DNA from: Chloroflexota bacterium
GTDB taxonomy: Bacteria; Chloroflexota; UBA6077; FW602-bin22; JBCLEL01
Direction: 5' to 3'
Length of the DNA: 64,000 nucleotides
NCBI GenBank assembly: GCA_965220775.1
Contig: OZ244845.1
Coordinates: forward strand, 2,066,568-2,130,567
Shown: piece by piece, positions 56,434-64,000 of the stretch
Layout of the letters: the number at the start of each line of letters is the position of its first letter
How positions within the stretch are numbered: the stretch's first letter is position 1
Made by a program: the position numbers and the translations under genes
Notes under the pieces: generated by a model
Databases searched by the model: none
What the model saw: only the letters and a program-made list of their open reading frames with translations
Told to the model about the DNA's origin: nothing

Positions 56434-56946
56434 TTGGGCTTCGAAGAGCACAAACAAATTGTTGGCGATGATCATCGACCGGCTCGATGTGCCATAGTCA
56501 CCGTTAGTGATTCGAGGGACGAACTCACCGATAAAAGCGGCGCGTTGATAAGGTCTCTCCTGGTCGAGAACGGGCACCTCGTTATCGATTACCGGATAGT
56601 GAAGGATGAAGCCGGCCCGATAAGGGCGGCGGCGGAGGAATTGGCCGCCCTTTCCAATTGTCAGGCGATTCTATTGAATGGTGGTACTGGCATCGCTCGA
56701 CGCGATGTGACCTACGAAGTAGTGAACGAGCTTATCGACAAGAGGTTGGATGGCTTTGGCGAGCTATTTCGCTACCTGAGCTACGAGGAAATCGGCTCCG
56801 CCGCGATGCTCTCTCGCGCCGTCGCCGGCCTGTACCGAGATCGTCTGATATTCGCCATGCCCGGTTCGACTGGTGGTTGCCGGCTGGCAATGCAAAAATT
56901 GATCCTGCCCGAGTTGACTCACTTGGTATGGGAAGCCGGCAAGTAG
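56434..56946 (+). CDS. moaB: MoaB/MogA-family molybdenum cofactor biosynthesis protein
   Basis: AIVTVSDSR....D.SG..I..LL...GH.V....IV.DE...I and LNGGTGIARRDVT. Confidence 0.8.
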   Translation: MGFEEHKQIVGDDHRPARCAIVTVSDSRDELTDKSGALIRSLLVENGHLVIDYRIVKDEAGPIRAAAEELAALSNCQAILLNGGTGIARRDVTYEVVNELIDKRLDGFGELFRYLSYEEIGSAAMLSRAVAGLYRDRLIFAMPGSTGGCRLAMQKLILPELTHLVWEAGK

Positions 56947-56947
56947 C

Positions 56948-57232
56948 TCATCGGGGACCACGGTTTCGCTTCTGCTCCTTGGCGTTCTGGATGTGATCGA
57001 GGACGCGGGCGCGAAGTATTTGCAAACGTCGGTCCTCGTCGGCGTTCCGCTCAGGCTGCTTGGCCTGCTCGACTGCCTCCGCCAGTGCGTCAGACAGGTC
57101 GACCAGAGACGAATCATCCAGCCGTATCACCACGCCGGTAGAAAGAAATTGCAGAAAATAGCCGGCACCGGAGTGTTCCTGCCATACCGCGATATCGCCC
57201 CGTCCCGCGAGACGGCGTCCCATGAACAGCAT
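56948..57232 (-). CDS. Hypothetical protein (94 aa)
   Basis: ORF with a plausible composition, convergent with moaB. No motif. Confidence 0.35.
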   Translation of the reverse strand: MLFMGRRLAGRGDIAVWQEHSGAGYFLQFLSTGVVIRLDDSSLVDLSDALAEAVEQAKQPERNADEDRRLQILRARVLDHIQNAKEQKRNRGPR

Positions 57233-57556
57233 CGTTCAGCTCCTTGTTGTTAATCGGGTTGTATATCTATGGGCGTGAATCTATCTTTGCTACGAACTCT
57301 TCCTAGGTCGATGGGAACCCGGCAATCGGTCTTCCAAATTGGTGGGGATTACCTGTCTCGATGAGCTAGCTTGGAGTTGACAACTTGCGATGCCAGAATC
57401 CCTCCATTGTCCGTAAACCGCACGTCCTCGTTCCGGCGAGATCATGTCCTTTACCCCGATGCGGGACCGGATTCCAGACGAGGCGCGTCAGGCTCCAATG
57501 ACACTCTTAACGTTCCACCAACCAGCGCACCATGATCTCTGCGCCTTGCCGTGCCG

Positions 57557-57586
57557 TTGGCAACCGGCATGTGCGATTGTTATAAT
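57557..57586 (+). promoter_or_regulatory. Putative promoter of tRNA-Trp
   Basis: TTGGCA (57557-57562), 18-nt spacer ending in TGT, TATAAT (57581-57586). The tRNA begins 15 nt downstream. Confidence 0.5.
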
Positions 57587-57600
57587 ATTGTCCGCCGCCA

Positions 57601-57676
57601 AGGAGTGTAGCTCAGTTGGAAGAGCAGCTGTCTCCAAAACAGCCGGTCGGGGGTTCGAGTCCCTCCACTCCTGCCA
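57601..57676 (+). tRNA. trnW: tRNA-Trp (anticodon CCA)
   Basis: Folded by hand: acceptor AGGAGTG/CACTCCT, D-stem GCTC/GAGC, anticodon stem GCTGT/ACAGC with loop CTCCAAA, T-arm GGGGG-TTCGAGT-CCCTC, discriminator G, and an encoded CCA. Confidence 0.95.
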
Positions 57677-57889
57677 CGATAATCCCCTTATGAGCATCAG
57701 CCAAACAATCTGTTTGGCATCGCCGGAAACTAAGGGCCAAGTTCCCAATCGACTGTCTAAGTTCGCTTTATTGTGCCAAGAGGTCAAGGCTGAGCGTCCA
57801 AGGCCACGCGGAATTGCAGCGTCCACCTGTAGCTAAAACCCTTTGTCGGTCGACGCGCGCATTGGTCAAGGGGTAAACGGAGTGTCTCT

Positions 57890-58873
57890 TTGCCTCAAAT
57901 CCTAGTGGAAAACCTCGTCAAGACCTTTCATATCGCTGAGCGGAGTCCCGGCATCTTGGGCGCTCTGCGCGGACTTGCTCATCGTCGTTACCGCAGTATC
58001 AACGCCCTCGACAGGATCTCATTCGAGATTGAGGCCGGCGAGCTCGTCGGCTACATCGGCCCGAACGGAGCCGGCAAGTCGACCACTATCAAGGTCATAT
58101 CGGGCATTCTTGTACCCGACTCCGGCAGATGCGAAATCTTGGGGCGTGTGCCCTGGCGCGATCGCATCTCACACGTCGGCAACATTGGTGTCATATTCGG
58201 CCAGCGAACCCAGCTCTGGTGGGACCTGCCCGTCATCGAGTCGTTCGAGCTTCTGCGCGATATATACCGTGTTCCGACGCCCATTTACAGCTCAACGTTG
58301 GAGGACCTTGTTCAGGTCCTGGAATTGGATCCCCTACTCGACGTACCCGTACGCCAGCTCAGCTTGGGACAGCGTATGCGATGCGATCTCGTCGCTGCGC
58401 TCCTACACCAGCCCTCGATTCTGTTCCTCGACGAGCCAACTATAGGGCTGGATGCGGTGACAAAGTTGGCATTCCGTGACTTTATCAAGCGGTTCAATCG
58501 TGATCGCGGCGTCACCATCATCTTAACCACCCACGACATGGATGACATCGAGGCGCTCTGCGAGCGCGTCATCGTGATAGACGAGGGGCGGATAAGATCC
58601 GACGGTACACTTGAAGCCCTCCGGCAAAGCATAACGCCGGAACGCCGGCTCATCGTCGACCTCATGGAGCAGGACGTGTCAATCGCCGACCCCTACGCCA
58701 CCGTCACGCGTCGCGAGGGGCACCGCGTACACCTCAGCTTTGATCCTGAAATTTCTCCGCCGGCCGAGCTCATCGCCCGGATCGCGTCCCGGTATCCTGT
58801 GCGCGATCTCTTCGTCGAGAGTCCTCCGATCGAGGAAATCGTCGCTCGGATTTACGACCGGAAAAACCAGTGA
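57890..58873 (+). CDS. ABC transporter ATP-binding protein (ABC-2 type system)
   Basis: Walker A GPNGAGKST, signature LSLGQRMR and Walker B ILFLDEPT. TTG start. Confidence 0.9.
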   Translation: MPQILVENLVKTFHIAERSPGILGALRGLAHRRYRSINALDRISFEIEAGELVGYIGPNGAGKSTTIKVISGILVPDSGRCEILGRVPWRDRISHVGNIGVIFGQRTQLWWDLPVIESFELLRDIYRVPTPIYSSTLEDLVQVLELDPLLDVPVRQLSLGQRMRCDLVAALLHQPSILFLDEPTIGLDAVTKLAFRDFIKRFNRDRGVTIILTTHDMDDIEALCERVIVIDEGRIRSDGTLEALRQSITPERRLIVDLMEQDVSIADPYATVTRREGHRVHLSFDPEISPPAELIARIASRYPVRDLFVESPPIEEIVARIYDRKNQ

Positions 58874-59661
58874 GCTCGTACGCGGCAATCCTGAGCGCAA
58901 ATTTTCGGATTCTGCTCCAGTACCGGGCAGCGGCCATTGCCGGCTTGGCCACCCAGCTTTTCTGGGGACTGATCCGGGTGATGATCTTTGAGGCGTTTTA
59001 CCGTTCGACGACCGCCGATCAACCCATGAACCTCGACCAGGTAACCACCTACATCTGGCTCGGACAGGCATTCATCATGCTGCTGCCATGGAACCTGGAC
59101 CGCCAGATTCACGATCTCATCCGTTCCGGCTTGGTCGGGTACGAGTTGCTCCGCCCCGTGGATCTTTACAACCTTTGGTTCGCTCGCGCCCTGGCATTTC
59201 GCACCGCGCCGACCTTGCTCCGTGCGCTCCCAATCCTTACCCTAGCCCTGCTGTTCTTCGGGATGGGACCACCAGACTCCGTCGCGGCCGGCGTAGCCTT
59301 TTGCCTCTCCATGATCGGGGCGGTGCTCATCAGCTGCGCCTTCACGACCCTGCTCAGCATCACCCTGATGTGGACTGTCTCCGGCCAGGGTGTGGCCAGC
59401 GTGGGTGCCGTGTCCGTCACCATCTTGACCGGCATGATAGTACCAATACCCTTCTTCCCGGATTGGGCACAGACGATCATCAACGTGTTGCCGTTCCGCG
59501 GAATTGTCGATACTCCCTACCGTCTATACCTGGGCCACATTCCTGCCAGCGACGCGCTTTACCACCTAGGCCACCAACTGGTCTGGACGGTCGTCCTGAT
59601 CTTGATCGGCCGATGGCTTCTCGCCCGAGGCGTCCGCCGCCTTGTTATGCAGGGGGGATAA
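58870..59661 (+). CDS. ABC-2 family transporter permease
   Basis: Six predicted TM helices. A 4-nt overlap (ATGA) with the ATPase gene. Confidence 0.7.
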   Translation: MSSYAAILSANFRILLQYRAAAIAGLATQLFWGLIRVMIFEAFYRSTTADQPMNLDQVTTYIWLGQAFIMLLPWNLDRQIHDLIRSGLVGYELLRPVDLYNLWFARALAFRTAPTLLRALPILTLALLFFGMGPPDSVAAGVAFCLSMIGAVLISCAFTTLLSITLMWTVSGQGVASVGAVSVTILTGMIVPIPFFPDWAQTIINVLPFRGIVDTPYRLYLGHIPASDALYHLGHQLVWTVVLILIGRWLLARGVRRLVMQGG

Positions 59662-59662
59662 T

Positions 59663-60466
59663 GTGATCAACGACTTACGAATCTACATGCGCTACATAGC
59701 AATCTCGATACGCGGCCAGATGCAGTACCGGGCGTCCTTCATTATGGAAACGTTTGCGCAGTTCGTGAACCAAGCCATCATATTCATAGGTATCCTCGTA
59801 TTGTTTAGTAGATTCAATACTCTGGAAGGATGGAGCCTCGCTGAGGTCGCCTTCCTGTACGGGCTCGTTAACGTGGCATTCGCCTTCGCGGATGCTGCAT
59901 CCCTTGGATTCGACCACTTTGGGACAATGGTACGCTCCGGCGACTTCGACCGCCTGCTGCTCCGGCCTCGCTCGACTGCTTTGCAGCTTGCCGGACAGGA
60001 GTTGGTACTGAGGCGCATTGGCCGGCTATCTATGGGCTTGGCGGCCCTTCTGTGGGCCAGCGCCGTCCTTGATGTCGACTGGAACGCGGTGAAGGTGGTG
60101 CTGATTTTGTTCACGATTGCGTGTGGCGCATGCCTGTTTTTTGGCCTTGTAGTGCTCCAGGCCACCCTGGCATTTTGGACTACCGAAACCCTCGAGATCA
60201 TGAACACCGTGACCTACGGTGGAGTCGAGACAACCCAATTTCCCCTATCTATCTACCGACCTTGGTTCCGTCACTTCTTCACATTCGTCATTCCGCTGGC
60301 GACCGTTAGCTACTTCCCCGCTCTCGCCATTCTGGATAAGCCGGATACGCTTGGTTCACCACTCTGGTTCCAGTACGCGGCGCCGGTTATCGGCCTGGTG
60401 TTCCTGATCTTGTGCCTCCGCGTCTGGGAGTTCGGCGTCCGGCACTACCTGTCGACCGGAAGTTGA
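59663..60466 (+). CDS. ABC-2 family transporter permease (second subunit)
   Basis: Multi-TM protein. I prefer the GTG at 59663, directly after the upstream stop with AGGGGGG upstream, over the TTG at 59642. Confidence 0.7.
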   Translation: MINDLRIYMRYIAISIRGQMQYRASFIMETFAQFVNQAIIFIGILVLFSRFNTLEGWSLAEVAFLYGLVNVAFAFADAASLGFDHFGTMVRSGDFDRLLLRPRSTALQLAGQELVLRRIGRLSMGLAALLWASAVLDVDWNAVKVVLILFTIACGACLFFGLVVLQATLAFWTTETLEIMNTVTYGGVETTQFPLSIYRPWFRHFFTFVIPLATVSYFPALAILDKPDTLGSPLWFQYAAPVIGLVFLILCLRVWEFGVRHYLSTGS

Positions 60467-60747
60467 TCACGCTCCCACCGGCTGCGCACCTCCATATGCG
60501 ATCCATCATCAAGGAAGACGATATCGCCTTGTTGGCCGAGCGTTTCGCGGGTGCATAGACTTCGGTTGGACTCAATGCCGTAAGGGACCTTAGCGGATCG
60601 CTCGAGTGTCGCCCAAAAAGAAAAGAGAACTGTTGTCAGGCTCATGACGTGGGTTGGGTCGGCGCCCAACGAACGAAAAATGAATCCCTTTTTGGATGTT
60701 GTGATAGAGTGAAAACTAAACCAGTTTTTGCTGAGAGGTAGGATGCG

Positions 60748-61798
60748 ATGGCCGTCGACGTGAAAGAGTTGCAGGTTTCCAACGATGCACTAAACGATCC
60801 GGCGGAGCTACGCTCGCGAATCGGACGAACAGGGGTACCTGTTCTTCCGCAATCTCGTCGATAAGGATCTGCTGTGGGACTTGCGCCTTCAGCTGCTGGC
60901 GAAGTCTGCCAGCAAGGGGGTTGGATACAATCCGGGAACAGACCTTGCCGATGGCGTGGTCGACCTATCGCGCCGATGCGCCGAAGGTGACCTGGACTAC
61001 TCCCCCATCTATACAGGGGTTCAGAAGGTGGAGGCATTCCATCGAATTGCGCACGATCCCGAGTTCGTAATGACCATTCAGAAGATTGTCGATGGTGAAG
61101 TGCTGGTTCAACCTCAGAAGGTTGCCCGCCTCTGGTTTCCTCAATTTACCGATCACACGACGCCGCCGCACCAGGACTTCGTCCACTTCCAAGGGGACTT
61201 CGACACCTACACCTGCTGGACGCCGGTCGGCGACTGTCCGATTGAGCTCGGCGGGTTGGCCATACTAGTTGGGTCGCACAAACGCGACACCGTGCTTGAT
61301 CATCACTTCTCCTTGGGCGCCGGCGGATTGAGGGTCAACGAAGAAGATCAGCAGGGCGAGTGGGTCAGCACCGACTTTGAAATCGGCGACTGCCTGATTT
61401 TCCACAGCCTGACCGTACATCAGGCCCTGCCAAACCTCACGGAAGACAAGTTGCGGGTCTCGCTCGATAATCGCTATCAGGCCGTGGATGTGCCCATTTC
61501 TGAGAGCCAGATCAAACCGCATCTGAGCCGGCTCACCGAGCAAACCTGGGAGGACATCTACGCCGGCTGGCAAACAAGCGACCTCCGTTACTATTGGCGT
61601 GACTTGGATCTGGAGGTCTCCCCTTCGGACCTCAGCCGGCACGAGCGCGGGTTCGCCGAGGCGCTTGAACTGGCGAGGCAAGGTGTAGAGAGAGCCCGTC
61701 CGGCGTTGGAGCGGGCAATAGAACGCGATCCTTACTCACCTCAGGCCAAGGATGCCGTAGACGCCCTGCGAGAGTTGGATGCTGCAATCAAGAACTAG
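60748..61798 (+). pseudogene. PhyH-like dioxygenase interrupted by an apparent +1 frameshift near 60823
   Basis: ATG 60748 gives MAVDVKELQVSNDALNDPAELRSRI, then runs into TAA at 60862. The +1 frame continues DEQGYLFFRNLVDKDLLWDLRLQLL... into ORF 60881..61798, which contains PPHQDF (HxD) and LIFHSLTVHQA. Confidence 0.5.
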
Positions 61799-61837
61799 AT
61801 TGCAATGCCAGTGGAAGCAAGAGTGTTCGAATTCTCT

Positions 61838-62670
61838 CTACTGAGAAAGGAACCCGCGCAGTTGGTCTCGCAGCCTGATGGTCTCCGTCACACAGTCGAG
61901 TCTATCCTGGAACATCCACGGTGCGTGTACGTACTCCAGGCTAATCACCCCTGAGTAACCTTGGGCATTCAGGTCGGTCACGATGCGATCGAAACGAATC
62001 TCGCCGTCTTCAAATCTAGTCTGAGTCTCGCCGGGTCGCGCCTGTCTGGCGTGCCAGTGAGTCCCGTGTGGGTGCATCTGAGCTATATCCTCATAGAGGA
62101 TGCCGTGGAAGATGAAATGAGAGTGGTCGACGGTGAGGCTCAGCCCGGGCACTTCATTGCACATTCGCACGGCCAATTGCGGAGTCCAGGTGACACTTTC
62201 TACGTGAGGCTCGATCCGCAAGAGCAACTCGTGCCGGGCCGCCTCGCCTGCGATCCATCGTAGCTCTTCTGCTGCTCGCAGGAAGCCCGCCTCCGTAGAT
62301 TCGCCTGGCCAAAGCGGCCTGGCGAGAGCGTGACGCCGCTCAGACCAATTGCGGCCGCAAAAGGGAAGAATCCCTTCCAGGTCCGCCTGTAGAACTCTCG
62401 CACCTCGCCGCTTGGGTGATTGTTTCCGAACATGATGTCGCCGGGTTGAGGGAAACAGTCGACAAAGCGGACTCCAGTCTCGGACTTGATCCCATTGAAC
62501 CGCTCAGCCTCTTCAATCGGGTGCTCGGCGATGTAGCGCGGGTCAAGATCCGGACCATTGCCCAAGTCCAGGTAGTCGAGATCCAACGCGCGCACCAACC
62601 GGGCCGATTCGAGGCAGGTCGCCGCCGGAAACGTCCACTTGTGGCACCCCAGTTCGATCGTCATCGCCAC
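61838..62670 (-). pseudogene. Xylose-isomerase-like TIM-barrel (sugar phosphate isomerase/epimerase) gene split by a frameshift near 62315
   Basis: ORF 62200..62670 reads normally to ...GLSGVTLSPG and then becomes nonsense. The frame of ORF 61838..62227 is open upstream as ...LWPGESTEAGFLRAAEELRWIAGEAARHELLLRIEPH. The two halves together form one typical protein. Confidence 0.55.
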
Positions 62671-62675
62671 GCTCC

Positions 62676-63476
62676 CTATTGTAAATTTACGTACAAACCA
62701 CCATCAACCAAAAGGCTCGCGCCGTTGATGAAATCCGATTCCGGATAGCAGAAGAACGCGGCAGCATTCGCTACGTCCTCAGGCGTACCCAATCTGCGTA
62801 CTGGCGCACGCCCTTCAAAGTATGCTCGCTTTTCCGGGTCCTCGTGGTCGGCCCGGTTCATGTCTGTTGCAATGAATCCAGGCATAACCGAGTTGCAGGT
62901 AACGCCGTGTGGCCCGAGGCTGATTGCCAGTGACTGCATCAACGAGTGGATGCCGGCTTTCGTAGGGCAATAGTGCGCCTGAAGCTCTCCTCCCACCAGA
63001 GCGCTGATCGAGCTGATGGAGACTATGCGCCCGCCGTGCCCTTGGCGCACGAAATGGCGGGCCGCCCACTGCGAACAAAGAAAAGCACTCCTGAGATTGA
63101 CCGCGTGGACCCGGTCCCAGAGTGATGCCGGCACGTCTAGGAAACCACGGAATGGGCAGATTCCAGCGTTGTTTACCAGAATGTCGATCTGACCGTACTG
63201 CTGAATCGTGGCCGAGAACATGGAGTTCACCTCGCTCTCGTCACTCACGTCGGCTGCGAAAGAGAAAGCCTCGTTTCCCTGGGCTCGAATTGTTTCGATC
63301 GTCTCGTCAATTGAGACGGGCTTGCCCATCTCTACGTCGGCCGGCTCGAAATAGTTAGCACATACACGGGCTCCTTCCGCCGCCAGGCGAATGGCCGTCG
63401 CGCGACCGATGCCGCGTGATGCGCCGGTCACCACGGCCACCTTACTATCTAGTTTCACGAATTCTCCTCCTGGCAA
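62676..63476 (-). CDS. Short-chain dehydrogenase/reductase (FabG-like)
   Basis: VAVVTGASRGIGRA, NNAG and the catalytic Y-CPT-K (HYCPTKAG). Confidence 0.9.
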   Translation of the reverse strand: MPGGEFVKLDSKVAVVTGASRGIGRATAIRLAAEGARVCANYFEPADVEMGKPVSIDETIETIRAQGNEAFSFAADVSDESEVNSMFSATIQQYGQIDILVNNAGICPFRGFLDVPASLWDRVHAVNLRSAFLCSQWAARHFVRQGHGGRIVSISSISALVGGELQAHYCPTKAGIHSLMQSLAISLGPHGVTCNSVMPGFIATDMNRADHEDPEKRAYFEGRAPVRRLGTPEDVANAAAFFCYPESDFINGASLLVDGGLYVNLQ

Positions 63477-63788
63477 TCTAGGCGGTATGTCGAGATCTTG
63501 CGACCGTCTCTCATCCGGTCATACGCTCTGATTGAATTCAATGAAGGAAAATGAGATTCCGGTGCGGTGGTTTCGCATAGCAACGAAACCGTACCAATAT
63601 GAGCCTGATCCGTTCGTTTCTCAATCATCCAGTACACCCTGTCCTCGAACGAGGGTACGAGCACCGTTCGGAATGAGTCGACAACCGGCGGATTTATCAA
63701 AGGCCCCGGCCCTTTCACGTAGTTCAGTGACAGCGATCTAGAGCGCGGATTAATGGGCAAGACCAGACGAGCGCCTGGAATCACACCT

Positions 63789-64000
63789 TTAGACAACAGC
63801 GGTCTGAATTCCCAAATGTTCCGCTGTGCGCACAAGCTCCGGGATGATATCGCCGATCCCCAGTCCCAAATGATGAGTTGGACCTTCCCTGGTCCACTTA
63901 CGGAAGAACTCGGGCAGCGGCCCCTCTACCGCTATGCGGCTGTTCTGATCGCCAGTCCGCATAACCGGGCCTTCGATCGATTCTCCTCTTGTCAACAGCA
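63789..64000 (-). CDS. C-terminal part of a gene continuing beyond the window (function unknown, possibly sugar isomerase-like)
   Basis: Frame is open to the window edge. The tail ...GPTHHLGLGIGDIIPELVRTAEHLGIQTAVV loosely recalls C-termini of the fucose/arabinose isomerase family. Weak call. Confidence 0.3.
   Translation of the reverse strand, partial: LLTRGESIEGPVMRTGDQNSRIAVEGPLPEFFRKWTREGPTHHLGLGIGDIIPELVRTAEHLGIQTAVV

Noticed and set aside
63455-63835. A 126-aa minus-strand ORF between the SDR gene and the partial gene at the window edge.
   Set aside because: It overlaps both neighbours and has no SD or recognisable motif, only a vague GNAT-like stretch (YWMIEKRTDQAHIGTVSL). I left it unannotated because coding status cannot be supported.

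Overview
High-GC bacterial chromosomal segment with about 55 protein genes, one tRNA, and no rRNA, CRISPR array, transposase or integrase that I could recognise. A T-box leader, Tat/lipobox solute-binding proteins on long stalks and dense catabolic paralogs suggest a monoderm, Chloroflexota-like (SAR202-style) heterotroph; this is inference only.

**Housekeeping genes:** ileS with a clear Ile T-box attenuator, aspS, selA, nfo, Mn-type SOD, HtrA protease, a lytic transglycosylase, tRNA-Trp(CCA), and an OmpR/HisKA two-component pair.

**Metabolic content:**
- At least seven phytanoyl-CoA-dioxygenase (PhyH)-like genes, including a tandem triplicated gene-plus-spacer array at the left edge.
- A form-II coxG-S-L-M-D-E molybdoenzyme cluster, plus moaB.
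- An aldo/keto reductase, amidohydrolase, cyclase, haloacetate-dehalogenase-like hydrolase, SDR and class III aminotransferase.
- Three ABC-transporter fragments or operons.

**Most notable observations:**
1. A low-GC insert between the ileS leader and HIT-aspS. It encodes an XRE-HTH/ImmA metallopeptidase fusion, a PIN-like nuclease and a small divergent ORF, and is a candidate toxin-antitoxin or defence module.
2. An isolated DUF4062/TIR-like protein with two C-terminal TM helices, flanked by long AT-rich spacers.
3. A family of mosaic hairpin repeats clustered in at least five intergenic regions.
4. Two divergent solute-binding proteins that share a near-identical promoter, signal and Glu/Val-rich stalk cassette.
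5. An ABC operon that appears split by about 35 kb.
6. Several decayed genes: one gene-end relic, one 5'-truncated gene and two frameshifted genes.

All functional calls come from motif recognition by eye. No database search was run.
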